Shown here: piece by piece, positions 41,017 to 51,852 of the stretch
How the letters are laid out: each line of letters begins with the position of its first letter
Numbering within the stretch: position 1 is the stretch's first letter
DNA from: a virus
IMG/VR virus record: IMGVR_UViG_3300012642_000011
Location: 192,001-256,000 of that record
Strand: one strand, 5' to 3'
Length of the DNA stretch: 64,000 bases
Position numbers and translations under genes: made by a program
The notes under the pieces: model-generated
The model's input: the letters and a program-made list of their open reading frames with translations, nothing else
What the model was told of the DNA's origin: nothing
The model's database searches: none

Positions 41017-41481
41017 ATGAGCACGAACTTCTACCTTGTCCCCGCCGTTGCCGTGCAGTCGGGAATGGATCTGTCGTGGCTGACGAAGGTTCATCTGGGC
41101 AAGCGCTCCAATGGTCGGGTCATGCTTCAGGCGCTTGTGGGCGAGTGGGACAACGATAACACTGATGTCCTCAAGAAGCAGTCGGATTACGTGAGGATGG
41201 GTGCACCGCAGTTCTCCTTCATGGACGCTCCGGTGATCGACACGTGGGCTGTGATGCGCTCCATGCTGGTTTCCGGCGAGTTCGACGTGGTTGATGAGTA
41301 TGGACGGAGCGGGCTGATGATGGAGTTCATTAAGAGCGTGGAGGTTGACCCCTCTGGCGCTCACAGGGAGATGATGGACTACTTCGATTCGCTGAATCCC
41401 GGACACTACAGCCTGCCTTATCGTGAGCACCACTTCATGGACGATCAGGGATTCTCCTTCTCCGTCTCGGATTTCTCCTGA
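41017..41481 (+). CDS. hypothetical 154-aa protein
   Basis: ORF after conserved plus-strand leader. Confidence 0.5.
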   Translation: MSTNFYLVPAVAVQSGMDLSWLTKVHLGKRSNGRVMLQALVGEWDNDNTDVLKKQSDYVRMGAPQFSFMDAPVIDTWAVMRSMLVSGEFDVVDEYGRSGLMMEFIKSVEVDPSGAHREMMDYFDSLNPGHYSLPYREHHFMDDQGFSFSVSDFS

Positions 41482-41604
41482 TCGTTTCACGTCGGGCGGG
41501 GCTGGCTACGGCTGGCCCCGTTTGATGTTTGGTCAGATCGGGGGACACAGAATCACGCACTACCCACCCCATCGACTCGGTGACAGATTGAAAGAATGAG
41601 CGGT

Positions 41605-41683
41605 TTGTCATCATTGCCATCATGGTGTAATCTGTTCTCAGAACAACCGATCAGGGCGACTCGCCCCTCACAGAAACGAGAAC
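41605..41683 (+). promoter_or_regulatory. plus-strand promoter-leader family copy 2: TTGTCA-17-TAATCT plus the same conserved leader
   Basis: See 40935-41016. Confidence 0.55.
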
Positions 41684-42175
41684 ATGATGACCCTCACTGA
41701 CAAGGATTACAACACCACCACCGTGGTTGACATGGCGGGAGAGAGCCTCTCGCTGATCGAGTTCTTCGGCGACAATGCCAAGCACGGCTCCGTGGAGTTC
41801 TCTGAGGACGGTGATCGCGCCGATGTGATCATCGTGGAGGATCTGGAGTGGCACCAGAAGCGCGATCCCGAGCTGATGGAGAAGCTGACCGATGAGGAGG
41901 GTTGGCTCACCGAGGGCACCCGTGAAATCATCGCGCGTAACCTGTCCAAGATCGTGGGCGGCTCCGTCGAGATCGAGCTGAGCGAGATGGACGCTCACCC
42001 TGACAGCCCCTCCGTTGCCTTCGTCGCCAGCTACCATGTGAACCCTGAGACCACGCTGGGGACGCTCCACGAGATGTCCTACGGGTTCTACGCTGATGTG
42101 ATCAATGTGACTGATCCCGGCACCTTCGACTCCCCCTACGTGTTCGGCACACTGGCGAACCCCAGCTACTCCTGA
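41684..42175 (+). CDS. hypothetical acidic 163-aa protein
   Basis: ORF after conserved leader; followed by hairpin gatcgacccgc...gcgggtcgatc. Confidence 0.5.
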   Translation: MMTLTDKDYNTTTVVDMAGESLSLIEFFGDNAKHGSVEFSEDGDRADVIIVEDLEWHQKRDPELMEKLTDEEGWLTEGTREIIARNLSKIVGGSVEIELSEMDAHPDSPSVAFVASYHVNPETTLGTLHEMSYGFYADVINVTDPGTFDSPYVFGTLANPSYS

Positions 42176-42424
42176 ACGCACGGATCGACCCGCTCTACTC
42201 CTCATAGGGTGGGCGGGTCGATCTTTTGCGCAGGAGCAGGGGACACAGAATGTGAGCATTGACTGCATCTGCACCTGCTTCCCGTGGTGGTGCCACAAAG
42301 CCCCCACTGCTTCCGGGCGCACCACACAGCGCCACACGGTTCTGACTTGCACTCGGCTCATCATGCTGGTAACCTGATTCCTGTCAGCAACCGCTGGCAC
42401 TGCACTCTGAACAAGGAGACCATC

Positions 42425-42844
42425 ATGAGCGTCATCACCTACCGCTACGACCTGTCCGACCGCGACAACGTCATCGCCACCTCTGCGGAGGTCATGCTGT
42501 GGCAGGCAGGCGAGATGATGGATGAGAACGGCGAGATGCTCGCGCAGAAGTGGGAGGATCACTTCGATGAGTCCAACCTGACCGATGAGGCGCGTGAGCG
42601 CATCGTGGAGGACTTCGCCGCGTTCGTGGGCAACGTGAGCGACGGCGACCTGCTGGCCTACGAGGCGGCTGGTGAGACCTCGGCGCAGATGATCCATGAC
42701 TACTGGCTCACGCGCAACAGGCACGGTGCTGGCTTCTGGGATCGTGGTCTGGGGGAGCTGGGGGATCGCCTGACCGAACTGGCGCAGTCGGACGGCACCT
42801 ACAACCTCTTCGAGACCAACGACGGCGAGTGGGACTACATGTGA
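42425..42844 (+). CDS. highly acidic 139-aa protein (candidate DNA-mimic / anti-restriction-like)
   Basis: Start MSVITYRYDL after aaggagaccatc; about 30% D/E; motif RNRHGAGFWDRG. Confidence 0.45.
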   Translation: MSVITYRYDLSDRDNVIATSAEVMLWQAGEMMDENGEMLAQKWEDHFDESNLTDEARERIVEDFAAFVGNVSDGDLLAYEAAGETSAQMIHDYWLTRNRHGAGFWDRGLGELGDRLTELAQSDGTYNLFETNDGEWDYM

Positions 42845-43062
42845 TCCAGTGAGGACGCTCCGCGTGCTACCCGTGACACCACAGGAAGCACGCGGAGCGG
42901 TCGCCGTGAAGGGCTGGCAGGGCGGGAGGCTTCACGGTCTCCCGCTTTTTGTGTCAAGGGCAAGGGGACACAGTTCTCACTGAATCATGCATGCCCTCGT
43001 GTGGCATCCACGGCGGTGATGGTGTAGGATGGGGGAGTCCCACACGGCAAGGAGCGATGACG

Positions 43063-43260
43063 ATGGCGACCATGACCACCGATGTCACCACGGTTCGCAT
43101 TGAGCACATGGTGCGCGTGACCACGTTCGGTCGCAACCACGCCTTCAGCACGCCTCCCATGCTCGCCTCCAAGGGGCGACAGTGGGCGGAGATGGAGTCG
43201 GGTGAGCCGGACACGGTGAAGGTGGTTGTGGAGTGCGATGCCTACTGCTGGTGCCAGTGA
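43063..43260 (+). CDS. small 65-aa protein with C-terminal CDAYCWC
   Basis: SD aaggagcg; start choice between two close ATGs is uncertain. Confidence 0.35.
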   Translation: MATMTTDVTTVRIEHMVRVTTFGRNHAFSTPPMLASKGRQWAEMESGEPDTVKVVVECDAYCWCQ

Positions 43261-43453
43261 GGTGTGTAGGCGGGCGTGAGGGTGAGGGTGGGCAACAGGG
43301 GACACAGAATGTGTTCTTATGCTCGCGCTGTCGCCCTGACGACTGAAACAATGGGAGAGCGCCCTGTTTGACTTCAGTGTGAATGTGTGGCAGACTGTTC
43401 TTCAGTAGGTCGGGGGAGCCGCCCCTGACCATCTACTCTCAAGGGGAGAAAAC

Positions 43454-43906
43454 ATGTCGAAGACCGACTGGACTGCTTTCGTGGATGCCGCCGACTCCAT
43501 CCGCACGCGTGGCGACGAGCAGACGCACCTGATCTACCCGGACGGCACCTTCGAGGTGTTCGAGCGCTACAGCACCGACGCTCCCGACACCCCCGAGGAC
43601 GCGCTTCAGTGGGAGGGCAAGGACGACGAGGAGCGCGACGTGATCACGGGCGCGCAGGGGTGGAGCATCGCCGAGGGAATGAGCGGGGCGTTCCGCTACG
43701 ACGGCCCTCTGATGCACGAGTCGGAGTTCTTCTCCCCCGGCATCCTCTCCTGCCTGATGTGGGACCGGGACGCTCCCCTGCTGGTCGCCACGGCGCATGT
43801 GGCTGACTACTCCCCCGAGGCGTACGACGAGGGCGAGGAGGACTCTCAGGTGGGCGAGGTGTTCTCGTGGGTGACCCTCTACCGCGAGCCGGAGACCGAC
43901 GACTGA
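43454..43906 (+). CDS. hypothetical acidic 150-aa protein
   Basis: SD aaggggagaaaac-ATG; terminator hairpin ccccgcctgactcccacgaggatgatggcgggg downstream. Confidence 0.5.
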   Translation: MSKTDWTAFVDAADSIRTRGDEQTHLIYPDGTFEVFERYSTDAPDTPEDALQWEGKDDEERDVITGAQGWSIAEGMSGAFRYDGPLMHESEFFSPGILSCLMWDRDAPLLVATAHVADYSPEAYDEGEEDSQVGEVFSWVTLYREPETDD

Positions 43907-44108
43907 CCGACACTACCAACGCCCCGCCTGACTCCCACGAGGATGATGGCGGGGCGTTGTGTTGTGGGGGGAATCGGGAACAGGGGACACAATATGTGTC
44001 ATCAACGACAACGGGTTACCACGGCGAACAGGGTGACGCTGTGTGGACATGCGAACGCCCCGCCCGTGCTCCTTGGTCCAAGGGTTCAGGCGGGGCTGTC
44101 GTGCTGGT

Positions 44109-44489
44109 TCAGTTCTCCCAGTAACGCGGGTTGGTCACCTCTTCGCCGTCGTAGTCGAGAGCAAGGATGACGCGGCCGATCTGATCGGCGTAGATGTTGG
44201 AAGCGGTGTAGTGAGTGACGATCTCGCTTGCGCGCTTGTAGGTCACAGTGACCGTATAGGTGTCGGAGAACGTGCAGACGATCTTCACATCCATGATACG
44301 CGCGCAGCCGGAGCGCTTGCCGGTCTTAGTGAAGGGGAGAATGTTTGCATGGAAGGAGAGGCTCCCGCGCTCTTCCGAACCGTAGAGGAAGTCACGCGCA
44401 CCCACGGCGGCGAAGTTCCAGAAGCCGATCTGCTGACGGATGGTATCGGCGACCTGCTTGTACTGGGTATCCTTGATGGTCTGCGACAT
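44109..44489 (-). CDS. hypothetical 126-aa protein
   Basis: Module B upstream; shares its first 6 codons (MSQTIK) with the unrelated 53148..53522 gene. Confidence 0.5.
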   Translation of the reverse strand: MSQTIKDTQYKQVADTIRQQIGFWNFAAVGARDFLYGSEERGSLSFHANILPFTKTGKRSGCARIMDVKIVCTFSDTYTVTVTYKRASEIVTHYTASNIYADQIGRVILALDYDGEEVTNPRYWEN

Positions 44490-44842
44490 GTTCTCTCCTT
44501 GAGAGTTGTGGTCTTGGGTGGCTCCCTCGACCTGATGACTCTTACTCTACAGCACAGGACGCTCCACGGTCAAGTCCCCTATGGAATAATTTTTACGGCA
44601 TGCTCGGTAGGGTAACGCTTAGGGGACACAATGCGCATGGGGCAACCAAGCGCAATGGCGACTGTGAATTCAGGATTGAACCGTAAGTTAAAATCGACAT
44701 TTTGACATAAAATAGCGAGAAAATGCTATAAATGAATGGCGATTTTAACTTCTTTTGCGCAGCCATGGGCGGCATCACGCTTGTCGTGATGCCCCGCCGT
44801 CCTCCCTTGTCGAGAGCGAAGGCGGGGCGCGTGCTCACATGA

Positions 44843-45226
44843 TCACTCGGCGGGAGCGAGGAACGCGGCGACCTCATCATCGGTCAGGGACTCGTAGTGC
44901 GAGTAGCCTTCCTCATCCACGCTCTCACGCACCACCAGCACGGGACCGAACGGGTAAGCCCCCTGCATGATGCCCAGACGGTCGATGACGTGCTTGTGCG
45001 GGTTGGGGCGACCGAACTTGTAGATCCCCTCATCGTCCGCCATGACCTCGATGCCGTCGCCGTAAGCATCGCGCGGCATGTAGGTGATGGTGCCCAGACC
45101 GGCGACCTCACGGAAGGCGGGGAAGTTGTAAGCCTCGGGGTCGGCGTTGATGGTCACCTCGATGGCGCGCGGGGTGGAGTCCAGATCGCCGGGGACGAGA
45201 ACAGCCTTGATGTTCTTCGTGGTCAT
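44843..45226 (-). CDS. paralog family B member 1 (127 aa)
   Basis: MTTKNIKAVLVPGDLDSTPRAIEV... about 65% identical to the 53148..53522 product; real start at Met30 of the tracked ORF after SD ggagagagacc. Confidence 0.5.
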   Translation of the reverse strand: MTTKNIKAVLVPGDLDSTPRAIEVTINADPEAYNFPAFREVAGLGTITYMPRDAYGDGIEVMADDEGIYKFGRPNPHKHVIDRLGIMQGAYPFGPVLVVRESVDEEGYSHYESLTDDEVAAFLAPAE

Positions 45227-45436
45227 GGTCTCTCTCCTTGAGAGTCGTGAGGCTTGCCGGTTGCTTACCCCTTGATGAATCCCACTATACACGACAGTAC
45301 GCGCAGCCGTCAAGCGTATTATCGCCCCTCCAGCAGAGCAATCACTGTATGCTGTGAGGGGACACAGAATTCGAGTTGACGGTTTGAAAAAACCGCCCCA
45401 GTGCTCATAATCAGCACTGGGGCGGCGGGGCGCTTG

Positions 45437-45775
45437 TCAGCGTTCGAGACCAGCCTCGAACGCGGCGATCACGAGGTGTGACACAGTTGAGTAGACATCC
45501 TCGATCCCGCTGTAGCCGGAGCTGTGACCCTCACCATAGGAGTAGTTAAACACTCGATCAGCGATGTGGTCGGGAATGTCGTCGGTCAGGTAGTCATCGC
45601 GGAACTGCTTAGCGTGGCGCTCCCGTTCCTCGCGCTCGATTCGGTAGCGCTCCTCACGCTCGATGCGACGCGCCTCCTGCTTGGCGCGCTCCTCTTCCGC
45701 CTGGGCTTCAGCGAGAGCCTGCTTGGCGGCGTCGAGGGCGGCTTCGGCTGCGATCACTTCTGGGGACTTCTGCAT
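45437..45775 (-). CDS. hypothetical coiled-coil 112-aa protein (AEAQAEEERAKQEARRIEREERYRIEREERER)
   Basis: Conserved module upstream. Confidence 0.5.
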   Translation of the reverse strand: MQKSPEVIAAEAALDAAKQALAEAQAEEERAKQEARRIEREERYRIEREERERHAKQFRDDYLTDDIPDHIADRVFNYSYGEGHSSGYSGIEDVYSTVSHLVIAAFEAGLER

Positions 45776-45999
45776 AATACTCTCCTTGTGGAGTCGTGGT
45801 CTTGGGCTGCTCCCTTGACCTGATGAATCAATAGTACCACGGGGGACGCTCCGCCGTCAAATCTATCAATCGTGGTAGTGCTATAACATCTCGGATTGGT
45901 CGAGGCGCTGGATGACTTAGGTATCAGGGGACACAAGAATTGCGACAACGAGGATAAGAACACGCCCCCATCCTCGCGGTAAGGATGGGGGTGTGTGAG

Positions 46000-46230
46000 T
46001 CAGAATCGGGCGGAACCGGCGAGGATAGCCATGGTGTCAGCCATGGTCTCGCTGTAGCGCATCTTGATCTTCGCGCGCAGGTGCTTCATTCGCAGGATGC
46101 GGCGGATGTGATGCTCGTCCAGTTCAGTCTCACCGGCGAGGGTGTCCAAGTAGATGCCGGAGTACTCGTTGTCGATCTCTTCGGTGATAGCGTCGATGCG
46201 GGCGGCGTCGTCGGCGGTCATCTGCTTCAT
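46000..46230 (-). CDS. hypothetical 76-aa protein
   Basis: Conserved module upstream. Confidence 0.5.
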   Translation of the reverse strand: MKQMTADDAARIDAITEEIDNEYSGIYLDTLAGETELDEHHIRRILRMKHLRAKIKMRYSETMADTMAILAGSARF

Positions 46231-46450
46231 GATTGTCTCTCCTTGAGAGTCGTGGTCTTAGGTTCTTCCCTCGACCTGATGAAAGAAATCTATCACAGAC
46301 ATGGAGCAGGCGTCAAGTCGAGCGGTCAAGATTATTTCATCATCTTCCAGAGGGGACACGGAATATGGTATATGCCACACTTCTTGCATCCATCAGTGTG
46401 AACAGGGCGATGCATGATCACACTGATGGATGCTCACACCTTGCACACTG

Positions 46451-46846
46451 TCAGGAGCGGACTTCCACCATCTCTCCTCGTGAGTTGCACTCCACGGTCT
46501 TACCACTGTAGGTGCCGGAGTCGTGCGTGTAACGGATCAGGCGCTCAGGCAAGTAAGTCCTGCCGTTCGCGCACCAGTATTCGCCGTCATAGACCATCTT
46601 GCTGTAGTGTCCGTCGCCCCATTCGTAGTCCTCCCGCATGGTGACGCTCGTGATCGTGTCACCGATCTCGGACGGGTGCGGGTAAGTGCGCTCTTCCTCC
46701 ACGGTCAGAGCGGCGGTCAGGATTGCGCGCATCCTCTCGACATCATGGTGATCCCACTCATCGAGTTCCCTATGCCCCCATGACGACACGCTGGCGTTCA
46801 GCGCGCGTTCGAGCATGTTATCATCGACTTCGATCATTGTGCTCAT
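46451..46846 (-). CDS. hypothetical 131-aa protein
   Basis: SD aggagagaccATG. Confidence 0.5.
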   Translation of the reverse strand: MSTMIEVDDNMLERALNASVSSWGHRELDEWDHHDVERMRAILTAALTVEEERTYPHPSEIGDTITSVTMREDYEWGDGHYSKMVYDGEYWCANGRTYLPERLIRYTHDSGTYSGKTVECNSRGEMVEVRS

Positions 46847-47219
46847 GGTCTCTCCTTCGAGTTGTGCCCAGCCGTGTGCTGTGCTCTCGTGAGCAATGCT
46901 ACCAGATAATTAACCCGTGGTCAAAGTTGTCTGTCGAGAAGATCAAGGGGACACAATAATGTCCTTGATACCCACACCCGCAGATAACACCACAAGACTG
47001 GGGAACAGCAAGCGGGAACCTTTGCGCAACACGTAGATGGCACACCATATGTGGAGTACAGGTGAGGTGTGCAGGTACTCAAGGGGACACAGTAATTGTA
47101 CTCGGACTGCAGCGTAATCCGCAGAATCACGCTGCTGAACACGCATTGGCGACTTGACCACATCGGTGCTCTGCGGCTACAGTGGAGATAGATCAACACC
47201 CATTTCCAAGGAGAACACC

Positions 47220-47798
47220 ATGACCACCTTGAACAGCCTCCCCATCCGCCATTTCACCAACCACTTCTTCGACATGCACGACAGCGACAGTGTCGAGGTC
47301 GATGGTGAGATCATCACCCAGATCCCCGAGGTGATGGGAACGATGGGGCATGACATCATCAACAAAACCATCTACATCGGTGCAGAGCGCGATGGCAAGG
47401 TCGCTGTGGATGCCTCATGGACGATCACGCTTGACCGCGCTCACCTTGATCGCCTGAAGTCCGAGGGACGTGACAACGCGGTGCTCAACTCGGAGGCGTT
47501 CGAGACCGGCGAGGATTCGTGGTTGGAGGTACACCGTGAGCATATGAAGAGCATCACGGATCACATCAAGTCCGCTGTGCCGTCTGCGCTGGACGTGAGC
47601 GAAGATGAGGGGGAGCATGACCGCTGGGTTGAGGACGTGCCGTTCTCCGTGTTTGCCACCTTCACCGTGAATCCCGATGCCACTATCGGTGACGTGGAGG
47701 AGACGGTGCGCCCGTTCTTCGAGTTCATGGAGAAGGTGACCGCGCCGGACGCGCCGGATGAGGACTACATCTTCGGTCGTGCTGTGCTGGGCAAGTGA
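47220..47798 (+). CDS. hypothetical 192-aa protein
   Basis: Start MTTLNSLPIRHF after caaggagaacacc; an internal segment is duplicated as a fragment at about 49493-49640. Confidence 0.5.
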   Translation: MTTLNSLPIRHFTNHFFDMHDSDSVEVDGEIITQIPEVMGTMGHDIINKTIYIGAERDGKVAVDASWTITLDRAHLDRLKSEGRDNAVLNSEAFETGEDSWLEVHREHMKSITDHIKSAVPSALDVSEDEGEHDRWVEDVPFSVFATFTVNPDATIGDVEETVRPFFEFMEKVTAPDAPDEDYIFGRAVLGK

Positions 47799-48128
47799 GT
47801 ATCGGGGCGACGTGGTGTATAACTGCACCACGTCGCCCCGTAGGTGCCCCTGATGCCTATGTGAGCACATGGATGGCACTAAGGTCTTCAGGCGTCCTCA
47901 TAGGGGTACAGAACGCCGTGTGTGTCGTCGTCTCTGATTCGTGAGGAGATAATTAAGCAGAGCGGTCGAAGGGGTAGTGGTAACGATAGGGGACACGGAA
48001 TCGGATGTAGTAGGCACGAGATCCTTGAACGACTGTACTGCCAATCAAGGATCTCGTGCCTACTCAACCCACTGTACTCATTAGCAGTTGTAGGGAGACT
48101 GCTAAGGGGGACGCTCGTGCGTGGCGAT

Positions 48129-48509
48129 TCAGTTGTCCAGGTGCTTCCGGGCGTAGTCGTAGACGCGAGAGGCTACGATGTTCCCGTCCTCGTCCCTGAA
48201 CGCATCCCAGTGCGTGAACACGTTGCCGTCGTCGTCATCGCGCTCGATGTCGAAAAGGTAATCACCCGCTGAGGTCACTTCCGCGTTCTCGTCGGACTCG
48301 CTCTGAAGCACCTGACACACGCTGTAGTAGCCCTCCTCGCTCACAGAGAGGTCGATGATGGCGTCCTCGGGAATGCCGTTCTCCTGAAGGATGAAGGCGA
48401 GCATCAGACAGTTGTGGTGAGCCTGTGCCTCCTCGTACTCGGTGCGAGCATCCTCAAGACGCTGATCCTGAAGAAGCACAGCCTTTTCAAAAATGTTCTT
48501 GGTCATCAT
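48129..48509 (-). CDS. hypothetical acidic 126-aa protein
   Basis: Start MMTKNIFEK after aaaggaacc. Confidence 0.45.
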   Translation of the reverse strand: MMTKNIFEKAVLLQDQRLEDARTEYEEAQAHHNCLMLAFILQENGIPEDAIIDLSVSEEGYYSVCQVLQSESDENAEVTSAGDYLFDIERDDDDGNVFTHWDAFRDEDGNIVASRVYDYARKHLDN

Positions 48510-49030
48510 GGTTCCTTTGTTTGATCTGTTCGTCTGTCGTCTACCAGTGTAGCAGAACAAGGGGAACAGGGGTAATCCAAGTGGCACGATAGCAATGGGG
48601 ACACAATGCAAACACTCTGATGGGCAGCACGACAGGTAGTACAGCAATTGTCTCCTTGTCCATCATGTCGATCTTGCTGACGGCTTGACCTTCACGGCGG
48701 TCAGAACATGCTCTGGGGTCGCCTATGCGCCCCGTGGAGGCGTTGGGAGCTTGTGGGGGCACTCTTGGACGTTGAAACACTGTGGGTGGCTCTGAAGGGC
48801 GGCAGGGGCTTCGAGGTGTCTGCATGGGCTTGAGGGTGCCGTTTTTTGGTGGCTTGAGGGACGTGACATGGACATCGTTAGCACTCCTCGAAAAAAAATA
48901 TTGGCTCCCGACTTGTGCTCGGATTAAATGTGTGCCATGATGGTTACAACGCAAACGAATAGAGCAACGAAGGACAGGGAGCGCCAGAGAGTTCCCGAAT
49001 CTTCCTGATCACCTACAAAGGAGGTGAAAA

Positions 49031-49234
49031 ATGAAGGTTAACGTCATTCCGACTCCTGCTGAGGCTTTCCCGCGTCAGCACCGGGTCACCGTTGAGATTG
49101 ACGGCATGTGGGGCACCTACCGCAGCGATATGTGGGATCGAGAGGTCACCGCGTTCCTTGCGGAACTCCCCACAACCGAGGGTCTTTCCGACCTTTACTG
49201 CGCCCGCAACTGCTGGTGCGAGGTCGGGGAGTGA
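49031..49234 (+). CDS. hypothetical 67-aa protein
   Basis: Strong SD aaaggaggtgaaaaATG. Confidence 0.45.
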   Translation: MKVNVIPTPAEAFPRQHRVTVEIDGMWGTYRSDMWDREVTAFLAELPTTEGLSDLYCARNCWCEVGE

Positions 49235-49492
49235 TCTCCACGGTCATCAGGCAGGGCAAGTGACCCCACCTGCCGCACGGATACCCCGTGCGGGACGTTC
49301 TACTTCAGGGGCTGGGCACAATGTCCAGCCCCTTTTTCATGCGCTCGATAGGGGACACAGTTTTCACGACCACCTTAGCCCTTTCATGTGTTGACTTCAC
49401 CGAATATGGCAAGGACAGCAAGCCACATCGGAAGGACAAGAAGACGACCATTCTGGGTTGTACAAAGGACACGCTCGATACTGTCACCACGG

Positions 49493-49640
49493 AGGAGATG
49501 GACGATTACGCTTGACCGCGCTCACTTTGACCGCCTGAAGCAAGAGGGACGTGACAACGCGGTGCTCAACTCGGAGGTGTTCGACAACGGTGAGTCGCGG
49601 TTGGAAGTGCGCCGTGAGCACAAGGTTATCAAGCGGGTAG
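49493..49640 (+). pseudogene. duplicated internal fragment of the 47220..47798 gene (WTITLDRAH.DRLK.EGRDNAVLNSE.F..GE..LEV.REH)
   Basis: About 130 nt with over 85% identity to 47410-47550, no upstream start context, ends in hairpin ggttatcaagcgggtagtgtgcttgataacc. Confidence 0.5.
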
Positions 49641-49663
49641 TGTGCTTGATAACCTTGTGCTCG

Positions 49664-50119
49664 TTAGCAGTTGTAGGGGGTCTTCAAACGCTTCAGGCTC
49701 GCCTTGCTGATGGTGCTCGACTCGATGACCTCGAAGGCATCCCACGCGCACACAATGGAGATACTGCCGCAGTCCTCCCACTCGTTATAGTACCCCTGAA
49801 CATCGTAATCAATTCCCCGCCAGATATGGTCTTCATCGTCCTCGATGAAAGGGCTGATCACAGCATCGGGCTTCAGCCGCAGAGCGTGGATGTAGTTCTT
49901 AGTGTCTCCCGTGGCGAAGAGACGCTCATAAGCGGCCATGAGGGTGCCTGCATGGATGTCAAACTTGGCTTCCTTGAGATCATTCTGCCACGTATCGGCA
50001 GGAGTGGCGTGATACCAGATCATGTCCTTCATGGCTTCAGGGTTCGCCGTGATCAACTTTGCCTCATCGGTCAGGATGGGGGAGAATTGGAGGCAGTTGA
50101 TAGACTCACACTCACTCAT
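49664..50119 (-). CDS. hypothetical 151-aa protein
   Basis: ORF with ATG overlapping the upstream gene stop. Confidence 0.45.
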   Translation of the reverse strand: MSECESINCLQFSPILTDEAKLITANPEAMKDMIWYHATPADTWQNDLKEAKFDIHAGTLMAAYERLFATGDTKNYIHALRLKPDAVISPFIEDDEDHIWRGIDYDVQGYYNEWEDCGSISIVCAWDAFEVIESSTISKASLKRLKTPYNC

Positions 50120-50552
50120 TCATGACAAAAAAGAACTCCTCGATCCTCTGGCGATCATCATCGCTCAAGGGAGCCACCGCACGCTCATACAGATCAAGAG
50201 CACGCAGGTAATCGGGGTCATCTTTGTCGATCCAGATTTCCGAACGGAAGTCCCCCTCCCCGCGAACCGTGATGTCCATCATGATAGCGCCCACGACCTC
50301 ATCGTAGGGCAGCCCCAGCGTCTTCACCCGCCACTCATTAGCGGGGTCGTCAGGATCGGCAAGGTAGAAAACCTCGGCGTCTTCACCCTTGGATGCATCT
50401 CCATTGATGCAGATACGATCCTTGGAGACCTCGGGATCACCCTTTCCCGAAGGGCCGAAGACCTGAACGGTAGAGGTATCAATGATCTTGTGGGCATTCT
50501 TGACGGTGGTATCACTGATCTTAGAGTTGTTCCAGAAGTGAAAGTGTCCCAT
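50112..50552 (-). CDS. hypothetical acidic 146-aa protein
   Basis: Start MGHFHFWNN after aaaggacttttc. Confidence 0.45.
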   Translation of the reverse strand: MGHFHFWNNSKISDTTVKNAHKIIDTSTVQVFGPSGKGDPEVSKDRICINGDASKGEDAEVFYLADPDDPANEWRVKTLGLPYDEVVGAIMMDITVRGEGDFRSEIWIDKDDPDYLRALDLYERAVAPLSDDDRQRIEEFFFVMNE

Positions 50553-50693
50553 GAAAAGTCCTTTGATTGGTGGATGGTGTTGCCTCAATGCTACAGCAAG
50601 GAAGCGCTTTCGTCAAGCAATCCAAAGACAGATTTGTTTCGTTCCCTGTGTCCCCTCATGCACACGGAGAGCGGCGGATCGCCCCGCCACTGC

Positions 50694-51248
50694 TCACGCG
50701 GCACAGGTCATCTGATCCAGCGCACTGATAATGTCGCACTCAAAGCGCGCCTCCCTCTTCCCGCGCATCTCCACCGCTTCCAAGCAGTGATCCAGCACCT
50801 CGGAGAGATCCATCTCGCGACAGTCGATGATCTCTGACGGATGCAGAAGCACCTCCCAGTCGGCAGTGTGGTAGTCCCCGATGTTCTCCATGAAGTCCAT
50901 CAGAGGCACCGCGCCCTCCCAGTAAGCGTAGGCATAGGACTCATCACCGGAATCCTTCCACTGCTCATACTTGCTCACCTGATAGGCAAAGACCTCATCA
51001 CACTCCACCTCCACCTCATTGATGACGACAGTCGCGCCACCAGCCACCCCCTTGGTCCAGACCCAACGCATCAGTGCGCTCATGTCGGGAGCAGCGAAGA
51101 AGCAGTGGGAACGGGTGTGGTAACCCATAGTGCGCTGGATCGCAGGGTGACACATCTCGTCAAACTCGCGGTTGATCACGCGCACGTAGTCGTCTCGGAG
51201 GTGGAGGGGAGTCATCTCGCCCACCCTGTAGATCTTCATCGTCGTCAT
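50694..51248 (-). CDS. hypothetical 184-aa Cys/His-containing protein; shares its 5' module and first 13 codons (MTTMKIYRVGEMT) with the 61288..61539 gene
   Basis: Read directly; see finding on the duplicated 5' module. Confidence 0.5.
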   Translation of the reverse strand: MTTMKIYRVGEMTPLHLRDDYVRVINREFDEMCHPAIQRTMGYHTRSHCFFAAPDMSALMRWVWTKGVAGGATVVINEVEVECDEVFAYQVSKYEQWKDSGDESYAYAYWEGAVPLMDFMENIGDYHTADWEVLLHPSEIIDCREMDLSEVLDHCLEAVEMRGKREARFECDIISALDQMTCAA

Positions 51249-51453
51249 GGTGCCAGCCTACAGGACAAGAGGAAATAATGCAAGCCTGATGCTCTGCTTG
51301 TTTTTGCCTCATATTGTGTCCCCTTGGGCGTGCCATCATGTGCGCGCGTGGGGACACAGAATTCGAGAGTAGTCATGAACCACGATGAGCACACACGCGC
51401 CGCCCCGCCGTTCATCCTCTGGGGACTACTTGGCGGGGCGAGCGGCTTGCAGG

Positions 51454-51852
51454 TCAGGCGTCCTCGTTCTTCTTCAGGGCGTTCTTGTCAGCGTCGATTC
51501 CGAAGAGGTCGAGGTGGGTATAGAATACCGCGTAAGCCTTCATCTTTGCCATCTCCTCCACAGTGAAGCGGGGATTGAGTTCGGAGGTGAAAGCGACAAT
51601 CTCGATGACGTAGTTGGACGCGCGGTGCTTCAGGTGGGCGATCACCTTCTCCGCAGAGTAACCCTTGTCCAGAAGCTTCTGCGCGCTGTCAGCAAGAGCC
51701 TTCTGCGCGGTGTAGAACTGCATCGAGGCAGCACGGGAGCCGATGCTGGTCACGATGCCCGCGTCCAGATCGTCCTTGATGATCTGCTTCTGGTTCTCGT
51801 AGAGGGCGTTGGCGTCCTTGATGAACTTGTTGAGTTCGTTGGCGATGGTCAT
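51454..51852 (-). CDS. hypothetical 132-aa protein
   Basis: Conserved module F upstream. Confidence 0.5.
   Translation of the reverse strand: MTIANELNKFIKDANALYENQKQIIKDDLDAGIVTSIGSRAASMQFYTAQKALADSAQKLLDKGYSAEKVIAHLKHRASNYVIEIVAFTSELNPRFTVEEMAKMKAYAVFYTHLDLFGIDADKNALKKNEDA

Noticed and set aside
45437-45775. Coordinate mismatch of 1 nt between my hand count of the start codon (45772-45774) and the ORF track (45775)
   Set aside because: The ORF track is computed from the sequence and is taken as authoritative; hand-derived motif coordinates elsewhere should therefore be read as plus or minus 1-3 nt.
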